Shown in pieces: positions 48,252 through 58,216 of a stretch of 64,000 bases of DNA. The stretch spans positions 124,001 to 188,000 of the IMG/VR virus record IMGVR_UViG_3300032296_003307; one strand, given 5' to 3'. The position numbers were made by a program, and so were the translations under genes. Numbering within the stretch: the stretch's first letter is position 1; each line of letters opens with the position of its first letter. A model generated the notes under the pieces. That model was not told the DNA's origin. It did not search any database and saw only the letters and a list, made by a program, of their open reading frames with translations.

Positions 48252-48566
48252 ATGGGTAAAAGATTTATTATATCAGAATCTGAAAAAGAAGATATCAAGT
48301 CAAAACATGAAATTGATATTGACCAAAAATTATTTACATATTTAAGGAGAAACCTTAAATTCAAAAAAAGAAAATATCCTGGATTTGATTGGGAGCCGAA
48401 TATTATCACATACGTTTACGATAATGAAGAAAAAGTATTAAATTCTAAAAAAGATGCATTAAATTGGATTTTTGCTAACTTACCTGAAAAATACACAGAA
48501 GAAGATTCTAAAACAAGGAGAACAATTCGTAAGTATATGAATGACTCTATTGATTCCTTAAAATAA
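48252..48566 (+). CDS. Leader-bearing hypothetical protein
   Basis: MGKRFIISESEKEDIKSKHE. Confidence 0.75.
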   Translation: MGKRFIISESEKEDIKSKHEIDIDQKLFTYLRRNLKFKKRKYPGFDWEPNIITYVYDNEEKVLNSKKDALNWIFANLPEKYTEEDSKTRRTIRKYMNDSIDSLK

Positions 48567-48585
48567 CTTTTTTATTTTTTTATTT

Positions 48586-48858
48586 ATGACTAAAAAAGTA
48601 AATTCTTTCAAAAGGTTATATCTACTAGGATTTATTGTTGTATTGGTTTTTGGTTCTTTAATATTTTTAATTGGTAATCAAATTTATTTGAAGATTAAAC
48701 CTAAGAATAATGAACCTATATCAGAAAAAAATACGGTAGATACAGTAATTAAAGAAAAAATTGTAGAAAAAATAAAAATAGACACAGTTTATTTTGAAAG
48801 AAAACCAAAAATGGTGGAAAAACCAAAAATACCTGACACTACAATCTTGAATCCTTAG
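48586..48858 (+). CDS. Single-pass membrane protein (spanin-like candidate)
   Basis: N-terminal TM segment followed by a DTV-rich soluble part. Confidence 0.45.
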   Translation: MTKKVNSFKRLYLLGFIVVLVFGSLIFLIGNQIYLKIKPKNNEPISEKNTVDTVIKEKIVEKIKIDTVYFERKPKMVEKPKIPDTTILNP

Positions 48859-49048
48859 TGGAACGTAAATCAATTTCAAAATTGATTCGTTTTAACCAAT
48901 CGTGAACAGTTACCTTCTCATTTTTATTTTTATTGTGTAAAAATGTCGCATAATTTAATATAGGTAAGGTTGTGTCATACCCTTCTACAATATTTTCATA
49001 AATGTCGTCAATTATTTGTTCGTGTGTTTTTTCTTCAAAGTAGCTCAT
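48839..49048 (-). CDS. Hypothetical protein
   Basis: 69-aa ORF coupled to 49045. Confidence 0.6.
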   Translation of the reverse strand: MSYFEEKTHEQIIDDIYENIVEGYDTTLPILNYATFLHNKNKNEKVTVHDWLKRINFEIDLRSTKDSRL

Positions 49049-49323
49049 AGTAATTCACATTTTTTTACAACTATTAATTTTTCAGAAATACCTAACAATC
49101 TCCATGCTCTGTGTATGTAGTCTTCATAAACAGTATTATAACTATCTTCTAATAATTCAGGTTCGTCTGTATATAATGTAACGTCAACAATAAATGCCTT
49201 CTTTTGACCTGAATAGTGTAATGAATTTATTTGCGAATATGAATTTTCGCCAAAAACCGCCTTTTTTTGTTTCATTTCCATTAGATTTACGGCGGCTTCC
49301 AAGGAATTCAATAAACCTTTCAT
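49045..49323 (-). CDS. Hypothetical protein
   Basis: 92-aa ORF. Confidence 0.65.
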   Translation of the reverse strand: MKGLLNSLEAAVNLMEMKQKKAVFGENSYSQINSLHYSGQKKAFIVDVTLYTDEPELLEDSYNTVYEDYIHRAWRLLGISEKLIVVKKCELL

Positions 49324-49370
49324 TTTAGTAAAATGATAATAATAAATACATTAAAAATAAAATGTTGTTC

Positions 49371-49655
49371 TTAATTTTGGGAACTTGATACAAGTTTTTC
49401 TTTACATTCCCAGTGGATTCTCCAACCACCTCTTAGGACTGGCATTAACTTAGTTTCTTCTGCAATTACATGATATATTTCGTTTTTCATGTCGTAATAT
49501 TCGTTCGGAACCATCTGTGTTGTTACCGTTACCTCTGGGTCAAAGTACACTCGATTTAAACCTTGATTTTTAGATATTTTTATATCTACGTCAGAAAGGA
49601 AAAAGTTATATTTGTTTAAAATTTTTTCAAAAAGACACTTTTCCATTTTTTCCAT
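49371..49655 (-). CDS. Hypothetical protein (FEKILN family)
   Basis: 94-aa ORF; TATTTAT upstream. Confidence 0.65.
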   Translation of the reverse strand: MEKMEKCLFEKILNKYNFFLSDVDIKISKNQGLNRVYFDPEVTVTTQMVPNEYYDMKNEIYHVIAEETKLMPVLRGGWRIHWECKEKLVSSSQN

Positions 49656-49704
49656 AACAGATAAATATCACCAAATCACATAAAAAGTTTTTTAGATAAT
49701 ATTT

Positions 49705-50004
49705 ATGGGTATGATAGGTAACATTAAAAAGTTCTCATTTGCTGAGATGACATCAAATAACAACGGAAAAACATCCGTTACATCAACCTCAGGTGCTTAT
49801 ATAATTTTTATAGGTGGTTTAGGTTTTATTGCTGGTTGTGTGGATAAAATGTTTTTGGGAAACACAGTTGATATTATAAATCAATCTATAATGTTGGTTA
49901 CAATTGGTGCCGGTTTACTTGGTGTTAAAAATATCACTGGTAGTAGAAATCAAATGGCTGAAGCCAAAGCTGAACAAATTAAATCTGAAATTGAGCAAAA
50001 TTAA
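49705..50004 (+). CDS. Two-TM holin-like protein
   Basis: Two hydrophobic helices and a charged C-terminus, near the endolysin. Confidence 0.5.
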   Translation: MGMIGNIKKFSFAEMTSNNNGKTSVTSTSGAYIIFIGGLGFIAGCVDKMFLGNTVDIINQSIMLVTIGAGLLGVKNITGSRNQMAEAKAEQIKSEIEQN

Positions 50005-50027
50005 AATTTTTGCCGTATATTTGTAGT

Positions 50028-50213
50028 ATGTCTGATAAAATACAAAGAATATACGAAACTGAAAACTGTGTGTCTATTTGGACCTACGACCCAAAGGTAT
50101 CAAAGGTAAATCCAATCTCTGTAGAACATAAGTGGCGAAACATCAAAGAACTACTACCACCAAAAAAGAAGACCATGAAAGACATGGTACCGACAAAAAA
50201 GAAGAAAAAATAA
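50028..50213 (+). CDS. Hypothetical protein
   Basis: ATG after TATATTTG; basic C-terminus. Confidence 0.65.
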   Translation: MSDKIQRIYETENCVSIWTYDPKVSKVNPISVEHKWRNIKELLPPKKKTMKDMVPTKKKKK

Positions 50214-50234
50214 AACCCCTTATTTAGGGGTTTT
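50212..50234. terminator. Bidirectional terminator
   Basis: AAAACCCCT/AGGGGTTTT between convergent genes. Confidence 0.75.
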
Positions 50235-50975
50235 ATTATTTAGGACATTTACCTCTTTGAAATCTACGTCAAGATTAATTCTCCAAGGTTCGTTTGTGAC
50301 ATTATATTCACCATCCAAAACGCTTCCATTAAAGAACTCAGTGTCTGCGTTATACGCCCAACCATAACCTTCGTGAATGTGACCTGAAAGGTGTAACATT
50401 GGTTTTACTTCCGCAATTCTTTTATACAAATCTTCACAACCTGCAAAATGTCTTTGATGAGGAATGTAATCACATTTGTACATCACGGGACCATGTGTAA
50501 TAACCACGTGTGTACCCATAGGAATCTTATTCCACTCTTCCATAATTTCATTACCTCTGTGTTTGTTGAAAACCCAATGTTCACCGTAAAACCATGGAGT
50601 TATTGGAGAACCCCAAAACTTAACTCCTTCGATTTCACAACCACTGTTTTCCAAATAAAACACATTGTCAGGTAAGTCACTCAAAAGGTCCATTAACCAA
50701 CCTTTTTTGATTGGAAAATAGTTCACACCCATTAGCGCTTTTTCTAATTTGTTCTCATTCAAAGGATGTTTCTCATCAAAACAAATATCGTGATTACCGG
50801 CAATAAAAATTTTGTATCTGTGTGGTTGACCCACAAACCATTTTACGAAATCTTCAACCCCACTCCGTTCACCCACGTTACTGATATCACCGCTGTGAAC
50901 CAAAACGTCACCATCAGGCACAATTATATTCCTGTGTAGCCCGTGTGTATCTGATATGTGTACAATATTCAACAT
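50220..50975 (-). CDS. Calcineurin-like metallophosphoesterase
   Basis: ISDTHG, HSGD, IAGNHD, ITHGP and SGHIHE motifs. Confidence 0.92.
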   Translation of the reverse strand: MLNIVHISDTHGLHRNIIVPDGDVLVHSGDISNVGERSGVEDFVKWFVGQPHRYKIFIAGNHDICFDEKHPLNENKLEKALMGVNYFPIKKGWLMDLLSDLPDNVFYLENSGCEIEGVKFWGSPITPWFYGEHWVFNKHRGNEIMEEWNKIPMGTHVVITHGPVMYKCDYIPHQRHFAGCEDLYKRIAEVKPMLHLSGHIHEGYGWAYNADTEFFNGSVLDGEYNVTNEPWRINLDVDFKEVNVLNNKTPK

Positions 50976-51004
50976 AATACAAAGATAATAAAATAAACTC
51001 TCAT

Positions 51005-51037
51005 AAAAAAGAAAAGGTCGGAAAAAAATCCGACCTT
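51005..51037 (-). terminator. Intrinsic terminator
   Basis: AAGGTCGGA/TCCGACCTT with an A tract (U tract on the minus strand). Confidence 0.65.
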
Positions 51038-51124
51038 CTCAAAACAATATATATAAACACACCTCAATTAGGCGATGAATTATAAATATATCGAAAATTT
51101 AATTTTTTATGTCTCATAGGTATA

Positions 51125-51949
51125 TCAGCACAATAAACTATAATATTCCTTGAAATGTTTTTTTCTATCTTCTAATCCTATGGTTCCACCGTTAACACAT
51201 CTAGTTACAGAGATTACTGTATTATCATCAGCTCCCGCATCACATTTTGTTAAACAGTTTTTAAAAAAGAACCAACCTGCAGACATCAACGGGTATTTTG
51301 TTGAAACCAAATCGGGATTTGCTAAAATATCATCATCAACAAATTTATCAAACGCTGTGTAATTGTCTTTTCCGGTCAATTGGATATATCCTCTGCCACG
51401 GAATTTCCATCCTTCCTTAGTGTTCTCAGCACCATTTCCCATTCTTGCACCATATACCTTAGATGCGATTTTTTCAGGTTGTCTTGCGTACTGTTCCGCA
51501 AGAGTTCTATTTGGGAAATACCTTGGAAATATCTTCATTAATCCGTCAACATTATAATTTAAGTTTTCCGAAACCGCTTTAAAACCCGCTGATTCATGAC
51601 CACATTGTGCCAAAAAATGAGCCAACCTTAAAGGCGTGTTAATTTTGAACTTTTCCATAACGTCAGGAATTTGTAATAATACCGCATCAGGTATGTGACC
51701 TTTTAATTTTGATAAATCAATTGGACCTGAAACTACAGGTATTACCACGTCTTCTTTTACTACAGATTTTACCCCCATTTTTTCCAAAGTTTTAGGACCA
51801 GCAATGCCGTCGTCAGTAAGCCCATTTTTTTTCTGCCATTCTTTAAGTGCTTTTTCTGTATTGGGACCAAAATCACCATCAGCGGTTAAACCTAACACTT
51901 TCTGAAGTTGTTTAACTTCTTCTCCTTTTGAACCTTTTTTTAATAACAT
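51125..51949 (-). CDS. GH19 endolysin with N-terminal peptidoglycan-binding domain
   Basis: LKKGSKG..V..LQ...DGDFGP.T...WQ..NGL..DGIAG; AHFLAQCGHES...ENLNY...FRGRGYIQLTGKDNY...NGG. Confidence 0.92.
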   Translation of the reverse strand: MLLKKGSKGEEVKQLQKVLGLTADGDFGPNTEKALKEWQKKNGLTDDGIAGPKTLEKMGVKSVVKEDVVIPVVSGPIDLSKLKGHIPDAVLLQIPDVMEKFKINTPLRLAHFLAQCGHESAGFKAVSENLNYNVDGLMKIFPRYFPNRTLAEQYARQPEKIASKVYGARMGNGAENTKEGWKFRGRGYIQLTGKDNYTAFDKFVDDDILANPDLVSTKYPLMSAGWFFFKNCLTKCDAGADDNTVISVTRCVNGGTIGLEDRKKHFKEYYSLLC

Positions 51950-52007
51950 AACTTTTTTTCTTATAAATATTTGTTATAACTTGTAATTCTTATTATCTTT
52001 GTAATTG

Positions 52008-52475
52008 ATGAATCACATGGTATTATTTCCCCCCGAAACAAGTTTGGCACACGAATATGGTCGCAAATGGTTACCTGTGGACTTTGTTGTATTTGAAGGT
52101 AATTTGTATTTTTATTTAAAAAATCAAGAATGTTCACTTGGTTCGGTTTGTTATTTCCCTCAAAACAAAACAATAAGACCAAAACGATACATAGACCCAA
52201 AATTTGTCAATAGAATTGTTGCGTTCCCCGACGAGATTGGGTTTGTATTCAATCAAGGACCTCCCCACGACCACAATTACAATTACACAAATGGTGATTA
52301 TTTGGAGATTTTACATCCTGACACCATTGTAAAAATAATGGAAGGTAAATACTTGGTTCACATCGAGGTAGACCACTACTTCGAAACAGGTTTTGAAGGT
52401 CCGTTACCATATTCACCAATTTATTTTGACAACAAAATAGTTTTAAACCTAAAAGAAATAAAATCGTTCATATGA
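52008..52475 (+). CDS. Hypothetical protein
   Basis: TATCTTTG promoter 6 nt upstream of the ATG. Confidence 0.7.
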   Translation: MNHMVLFPPETSLAHEYGRKWLPVDFVVFEGNLYFYLKNQECSLGSVCYFPQNKTIRPKRYIDPKFVNRIVAFPDEIGFVFNQGPPHDHNYNYTNGDYLEILHPDTIVKIMEGKYLVHIEVDHYFETGFEGPLPYSPIYFDNKIVLNLKEIKSFI

Positions 52476-52612
52476 AAAATATATCATTTAAAAATGGTTC
52501 TTGGCTCAGGTCTGTTGTTCAGATTGCTTTAATAATTGGAATTGTTGCTCTTGCTATGGAAGGTAAAGAGGGTTGGGGTTGGTTAACTTTAGCATTAATT
52601 TTGTCATTGTAA
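52472..52612 (+). CDS. Small two-TM protein (46 aa, not in ORF track)
   Basis: ...VVQIALIIGIVALAMEGKEGWGWLTLALILSL. Confidence 0.6.
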   Translation: MKNISFKNGSWLRSVVQIALIIGIVALAMEGKEGWGWLTLALILSL

Positions 52613-52634
52613 AAAAAATCATTATCTTTGTAAC

Positions 52635-53726
52635 ATGGAAAGGAAATTAGCGTCCATAAGGAAAATTACAGAACTTCGCCCTATTGAAGGTGCGGACAAA
52701 ATTGAACTTGCCGTTGTTGGTGGTTGGAATGTTGTTGTAGCAAAAGACGTTGGTCACAAAGTTGGTGACATGGTAGTTTATTGCGAAATTGACTCATTCT
52801 TACCTATCAAAGAAGAATTTGAATTCTTGAGAAAGAGTTCATACAAAAAAATGAGTGACCAAGAAGGGTTCAGATTGAAAACTATTAAATTAAGGGGTCA
52901 AGTATCACAAGGTTTAATTTTACCCATTAGCGTTTTGAATCAAGGTGAAGAAATGGTTGTTGGAACAAGTCAACAACCCTGGGGAGACCAACTTCAACTT
53001 GGACCATACGACAACGCTTTGGTAATCGAAGAAGGTGTTGATGTGACTAACTTGTTAGGAATAGTTAAATACGAGCCCCCAATTCCCGCAGAACTCGCTG
53101 GTAAAGTAAAAGGACAATTTCCTTCATTCCTTCACAAGACAGATGAAGAACGTGTTCAGAATCTTGTGACAGAATACGAAGGTTGGAGGTACCAATCTAA
53201 CCATAAGTTCTACGTGACCGAAAAACTTGATGGTTCTTCAGCAACGTTTTACTTTAGAAACGGTGAATTTGGTGTATGTTCTCGTAATTTGGAACTCTTG
53301 GAAACGCCAGGTAACACTTTTTGGAAAGTCGCACGTGAACTTTACCTTGAAGAAAAACTTGGTACGTTAGATGAAAACATTTGCCTACAAGGTGAATTGA
53401 TTGGCGAAGGGATTCAAGGTAATCCGTACAAAATCAAAGGTCAAACAGTTAAGTTCTTCAACGCTTTTGATATTGACAAACAACAAAGATTGTCTTTACC
53501 TGAGTTTTTGGGACTGATGACAAGGTTGACACTTGAACACGTACCAATCTTGGACAACCCTGATGGGTTTTTGTTACCCTTCACAGTTGAGGAGATGTTG
53601 GAATTTGCCGATGGTAAGTCAGTTTTGAATCAAAACACAGACAGAGAAGGTGTTGTTGTACGGTCATTTGACAATACCATCTCTTTCAAGGCAATTTCAA
53701 ACAAATTTTTGTTACAAGAAAAGTGA
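52635..53726 (+). CDS. ATP-dependent RNA ligase (DRB0094-like, N-terminal OB domain)
   Basis: TEKLDGSS motif I, GELIG, FNAFD, REGVV, FKAIS; N-terminal I.GAD.IE.A.V.GW.VVV. Confidence 0.9.
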   Translation: MERKLASIRKITELRPIEGADKIELAVVGGWNVVVAKDVGHKVGDMVVYCEIDSFLPIKEEFEFLRKSSYKKMSDQEGFRLKTIKLRGQVSQGLILPISVLNQGEEMVVGTSQQPWGDQLQLGPYDNALVIEEGVDVTNLLGIVKYEPPIPAELAGKVKGQFPSFLHKTDEERVQNLVTEYEGWRYQSNHKFYVTEKLDGSSATFYFRNGEFGVCSRNLELLETPGNTFWKVARELYLEEKLGTLDENICLQGELIGEGIQGNPYKIKGQTVKFFNAFDIDKQQRLSLPEFLGLMTRLTLEHVPILDNPDGFLLPFTVEEMLEFADGKSVLNQNTDREGVVVRSFDNTISFKAISNKFLLQEK

Positions 53727-53746
53727 TGTTTATTTAAATGGTTTAG

Positions 53747-53772
53747 AAATGGGGGTTTTGACCCCCATTTTT
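53747..53772 (+). terminator. Intrinsic terminator
   Basis: AAATGGGGG/CCCCCATTT followed by a T tract. Confidence 0.75.
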
Positions 53773-53798
53773 ATTTATAACCGAGTATTTATGTTTAT

Positions 53799-54923
53799 AT
53801 GTGGGAATTATTGTCAGAAGTAAAAAAAATGAAAGGTATGATGGGTCTTCTAAAGGAAGATGATTCAGAATTGCCAAAGGACAGGTATATTAAAGACATA
53901 ATTAATATTCTACAATTTAATGGAATATACCAAGGGGTGGTAAAAAAAGTGTTTGAGGAGATAATCAAGCTTGGTGATACCCAAATTATTGATTTTGAAC
54001 TATTAGACAAAGGTCTAAAGAGAAATTTGTTAAAAAAAGGTAACAAAAAGAAAGCCATTGAGGATTATTTTCTCAGAGTGTATAACTCATTAAAGTTCAG
54101 AGAACGTGGTGGATACGGTGTTGAACCCGAATCAGAGGATTTTTCGTTTGAACCTGAAGAACCATCACTAATTCCAAAGAAAGTTTACAAAAAAGAACTA
54201 TATTACCTTCAGGTTGAGTTGTTAAAACTTGAAGAATGGTTAAAAAAGACAGGAAAGACCGTAATTATCGTGTTTGAGGGTCGTGATTCTGCAGGAAAAG
54301 GCTCAACAATCAAGAAATTCACCGAAAATATGGACCCAAGAGGGTTTAAGGTAATTGCCATGGGTGTTCCAACACCTGATGAACGTAAAAATTGGTGGGA
54401 CAGGTACAGAAAACAGATAGAACCAGGTAAAGTTAACCTATTTGACCGTTCTTGGTACAACCGAGGTCTTGTGGAACCTGTTATGGGGTACGGAAGTGAT
54501 GAAGAATACGAAGATTTCATGGAAAATGTGGAAGATTTTGAAAATTCTTTGGTTGAAAACGGTGATTACCTGTTTAAACTATGGTTTTCAATAGAAAAAG
54601 ACACGCAAGCCAAAAGATTTCAGATGAGACAACAATCTCCACTGAAATATTGGAAATATTCACCAAATGACGCTAGAATGCAAGACCTTTGGGACCGTTT
54701 TACCGAGTTTAAGGAGAGATTATTTGATAAAACATCAACCCTGAACCATCCATGGGTTATTATTGACTCTAATGACAAAAGAATATCAGGGTTAAACGCA
54801 ATTCGTTACATTTTGAAACAAATTCCTTATGAAAATAGAAATGAGGACATTTTAAATAAAGAATATCCTGAAGTTTTAACCGTTTTAAAACCAATAGATA
54901 AGAAAAACGACACCGATAATTAA
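53799..54923 (+). CDS. ppk2: Polyphosphate kinase 2 with leader and N-terminal helical extension
   Basis: LQVELLKL, VFEGRDSAGKGSTIK, LFDRSWYNR, KLWFSI, PLKYWKYSPND. Confidence 0.93.
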   Translation: MWELLSEVKKMKGMMGLLKEDDSELPKDRYIKDIINILQFNGIYQGVVKKVFEEIIKLGDTQIIDFELLDKGLKRNLLKKGNKKKAIEDYFLRVYNSLKFRERGGYGVEPESEDFSFEPEEPSLIPKKVYKKELYYLQVELLKLEEWLKKTGKTVIIVFEGRDSAGKGSTIKKFTENMDPRGFKVIAMGVPTPDERKNWWDRYRKQIEPGKVNLFDRSWYNRGLVEPVMGYGSDEEYEDFMENVEDFENSLVENGDYLFKLWFSIEKDTQAKRFQMRQQSPLKYWKYSPNDARMQDLWDRFTEFKERLFDKTSTLNHPWVIIDSNDKRISGLNAIRYILKQIPYENRNEDILNKEYPEVLTVLKPIDKKNDTDN

Positions 54924-54945
54924 AATATCCAAGTATTTATAAAAT

Positions 54946-55560
54946 ATGAGACATTTGATAAGAAAAGCATTGGTTACTGAAGCAAATTCAGAAAAAATGA
55001 TATTAAAAGAAAATGCAGGTGCTAGTGAACACCTACAATACCACCTAAAAAACGATTTAACACTATCTGAGAACGTTTTCAGGATATATTCGGACGAATT
55101 CTTTAATCTAATCAATGAAGTTAGAAATCTATATGAATTAGGTCTCATACATTTGAATGAGGAAGACAAATGGATTGTTAAATCCGATATTGGAAAAACT
55201 GATTTATATGAAGGCGAAACAGTTTGGTTAGATATGCCGTTTGAGATTGAGGATGAAGACGATAATCTTTTTGAGGCAGAATATAGAGGTAGAAAAGTAA
55301 ACTTAAATTCACCTTTCAGAACACCGGGTGGTCCAAAAAAGTTTGGTGTATATGTTAAAACCCCGAGCGGAAATGTAAAAATTGTTAGATTTGGTGACCC
55401 AAACCTAAGGGTTAGAAATAATAATCCCGGTGCAAGAAAAAGTTTCAGAGCTCGTCACAAATGTGACCAAAAAACCGATAAGACAAAAGCGGGGTATTGG
55501 GCATGTAACGTTGCAAGATACCGAAAAAAGTTAGGTATTAAATCTTCATCTCCTTGGTAA
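54946..55560 (+). CDS. Leader-bearing protein with conserved T4-like-phage basic domain
   Basis: MRHLIRKALVTE; KKFGVYVK...FGDPN...ARKSFRARHKC...YWAC (DUF6321-like, from memory). Confidence 0.75.
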   Translation: MRHLIRKALVTEANSEKMILKENAGASEHLQYHLKNDLTLSENVFRIYSDEFFNLINEVRNLYELGLIHLNEEDKWIVKSDIGKTDLYEGETVWLDMPFEIEDEDDNLFEAEYRGRKVNLNSPFRTPGGPKKFGVYVKTPSGNVKIVRFGDPNLRVRNNNPGARKSFRARHKCDQKTDKTKAGYWACNVARYRKKLGIKSSSPW

Positions 55561-55578
55561 TTTTAATATAATTCCATT

Positions 55579-55848
55579 ATGGAATTTCCTTTCACCCAAG
55601 AAAAATACGATGGGTATGTAATTCGTGTTTTTTCCAAAGACGTAGAATCCGAAGAATTAAAATGGCATTATGATTTGGAAAATAGAAAAGTTACAATATT
55701 AGAGGGAGACGATTGGGAGTTTCAAATGGATAATCAATTACCACAAACACTAAAATCAGGTCAAACTTATACAATACCAAAGGGTGTTTATCACAGGGTA
55801 AAAAGAGGAACGACCGACCTTAAAGTTAAAATAGAAATTTATGAGTAA
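55579..55848 (+). CDS. Cupin-fold protein
   Basis: WHYD...W.FQ.D...IPKGVYHRV. Confidence 0.75.
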   Translation: MEFPFTQEKYDGYVIRVFSKDVESEELKWHYDLENRKVTILEGDDWEFQMDNQLPQTLKSGQTYTIPKGVYHRVKRGTTDLKVKIEIYE

Positions 55849-56467
55849 TAAATTAAACGAAAATATACCACACTTCAAAGCAAAGATTAAAAAATCTTAT
55901 TTCACCAAAAACGAGGAAGACTCAAAAGAATATTATGATGTGATTTGTTTTGGAATACAATCAATTGCGGGAAAAATATTGACGTTTCACATCATGACCG
56001 ATAACGGAATGATGAGAAGTCGTGTACCATTATCTGAAATATACATTAAAGAACCTGAAAAAGATATTCCATTTCATTACAAACAATTATGGGATTGTTT
56101 TTCAGAAAATGTGTCAGTAATTGAATATAACTTTTTAGGTTATCACAGAGCTCAGATTGTTCTTAGGGATGGTTCTAAAGTTTGGGGTGAATATATGTTC
56201 ACTGTTGATTGGTTTGGTAATCCATATAGTGATGAACCAACAGATTACAAATGTGGTCACGTTTTTGCGTCAGACGACGGTTATTTACTCTGTATGCCAA
56301 ACAACAGAATATATTGGAAAGATTCTAATTGGGTTACAAAAAAATTACCTGAAGATTTAAAACAATTTAAAGTTGATTCTGAACTACCTTCGGTTGAAAA
56401 TATTAGTGACAGATGGGTAAGTGAGGATACCGATAGTTTTTATTACGATATTATTAAGGAACAATAA
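55841..56467 (+). CDS. Conserved phage hypothetical protein
   Basis: 208 aa; FH.MTD.G..RSRVP...QLWDCFS...Y.FTVDW...H. Confidence 0.7.
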   Translation: MSNKLNENIPHFKAKIKKSYFTKNEEDSKEYYDVICFGIQSIAGKILTFHIMTDNGMMRSRVPLSEIYIKEPEKDIPFHYKQLWDCFSENVSVIEYNFLGYHRAQIVLRDGSKVWGEYMFTVDWFGNPYSDEPTDYKCGHVFASDDGYLLCMPNNRIYWKDSNWVTKKLPEDLKQFKVDSELPSVENISDRWVSEDTDSFYYDIIKEQ

Positions 56468-57032
56468 ACTTCTTGTAGTCAGGAGTTATTGGTCTTTCAT
56501 TTCTAAAGTAATATTTTGTGGTTGTCTTACCTGTTGTGATAATTTTATAGAACCCGACAGGTACTGTCGCTCCTGTTTGTAATTTCACACTTTTTTTATC
56601 AAATACCAAGATTATTTTAACCTTAACGGTACCTGTCTTAGCCAATTGCCTTTCTTGTTCTTCTAATAATCTCCAAACACCCCTATTTAAGTATTGATTC
56701 TGTAGACAACAGTTTAAATAACTAAATGTTGATAACAACATTGGTTTGTCACAATTAAAATCTGCGGCAGGTGCCAAGTGACCTTTATCGTAGACGTTAT
56801 TTTGGTAATCGGCGTGATTTGAAGTGTGAATTGAGTCGACTGTAAAAAAATCCATACCGTCTCTTTTTGCCGTCCCGTTAGGACAAAGAACGGTATACTC
56901 CAACCATAAAGGTTGTTCTAAGACTTCAGAGTACATTCCTCTGAATATGGGGGATTGGAAATAAACCGAATCTCTTTTTTGTGCAAAAATAATGGTTGGT
57001 AGTAAAAATAGTATAAAAATTATTTTTTTCAT
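56454..57032 (-). CDS. Secreted DNA/RNA non-specific endonuclease (NucA-like)
   Basis: YDKGHLAPAADF...QNQYLNRGVWRLLE...VPVGFYKI; signal peptide MKKIIFILFLLPTIIFAQ. Confidence 0.88.
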   Translation of the reverse strand: MKKIIFILFLLPTIIFAQKRDSVYFQSPIFRGMYSEVLEQPLWLEYTVLCPNGTAKRDGMDFFTVDSIHTSNHADYQNNVYDKGHLAPAADFNCDKPMLLSTFSYLNCCLQNQYLNRGVWRLLEEQERQLAKTGTVKVKIILVFDKKSVKLQTGATVPVGFYKIITTGKTTTKYYFRNERPITPDYKKFIVP

Positions 57033-57061
57033 ACCGATAAATACTACCAACCATACTATAA

Positions 57062-58159
57062 TTAACCTCTATTTTCTATTTCCCTATATGGTCTATTGTC
57101 CATGTGGTTACTGTACACCATCTGACGAATTTCATGAGCAATTTCGGTGTTTAGTTCTTGTCTGATAGGTGCAAACATTTCGTATTCTGCGTCACTTTCA
57201 CTCTCAGTAATCATATCCTCAGCCAAATCATACATTTCTTCTTCGGTCTCCTCAATATCACGAAGTGGTCGTAACTCCGCAAAATCTAAAGACCTAAGAG
57301 CGTCTTGAATTTTTTCAATCGAACTAACACTTTCTGTTCTAGATTTATTCCACATTTTGGGATTCAATTGCTCATTGGTAGAACTGTTATCTTTAATTAA
57401 ATTTCTAAGCAAATCCAAAACAGATTGGTCAAGTGGTGTCATCATAGAGTCTATTCGGTCATCTCTTTCGTTCCAAAAAGAAATTTCATAATTATCGTTT
57501 TGTGGTGAGCGACCTTCAAACAATGCGGTTTTTTGACCGGTTTCCTTGTTCAAAATATAAACCAATTTACCGTTTTGAGTGTATCTGAAAAAATGATTTG
57601 GACTATCACTTGATGTTGTACACCATCTGGTTTGAGCGCCATATTTACATGATGCCTCATAAGTTATTGGACGAACAACCAACCAAGTGTCATTATTCAT
57701 CAATACGTCAACTTGTTTTTCCAATTCTTTGTTGAGTTCAGATATACTGGCTTTGGAATTTAACTTTCTAAGGGAGTCCATTGTTTCAATTTTGTTTACG
57801 TCAACATCATGAAATTTATTGTTCATATGTCGTTGTATAAAAGCATTAATTTCATTGTAATCGTCCCTTCCCATCGATATCATGTCAAAAAGCCTAATTA
57901 CCACCAGCTTAGTTTCAAAATCCATAGATTCAATAACGGTTTCATCTGAGATAAATCTATGCACATTTTCGGTTACATAACTTAACTCATTATTCATCTC
58001 GTATCTATGTTTTTCTTCATCCATTCTTTTTGAAATCAGATTAAGAATCATTTTTACATATTTTTTAGAACTTGATGGGTCCATAAGAACCACGGCGTCA
58101 AACAATGACATTTTAAACCATTCAGGTGAATTTTCTTTGATTGTCTTTAATCTTCCCAT
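57062..58159 (-). CDS. Conserved jumbo-phage hypothetical protein (YGA.TRWCT motif)
   Basis: WLVVRPITYEASCKYGAQTRWCTT; start reassigned to MGRL below the tRNA. Confidence 0.75.
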   Translation of the reverse strand: MGRLKTIKENSPEWFKMSLFDAVVLMDPSSSKKYVKMILNLISKRMDEEKHRYEMNNELSYVTENVHRFISDETVIESMDFETKLVVIRLFDMISMGRDDYNEINAFIQRHMNNKFHDVDVNKIETMDSLRKLNSKASISELNKELEKQVDVLMNNDTWLVVRPITYEASCKYGAQTRWCTTSSDSPNHFFRYTQNGKLVYILNKETGQKTALFEGRSPQNDNYEISFWNERDDRIDSMMTPLDQSVLDLLRNLIKDNSSTNEQLNPKMWNKSRTESVSSIEKIQDALRSLDFAELRPLRDIEETEEEMYDLAEDMITESESDAEYEMFAPIRQELNTEIAHEIRQMVYSNHMDNRPYREIENRG

Positions 58160-58180
58160 AGTGATGAAAGTATAAAAAAC

Positions 58181-58216
58181 AAAAAAGACAGATTCAAATA
58201 AAATCTGTCTTTTTTT
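58181..58216. terminator. Terminator downstream of the tRNA pair
   Basis: AAAAAAGACAGATT/AATCTGTCTTTTTT. Confidence 0.75.
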
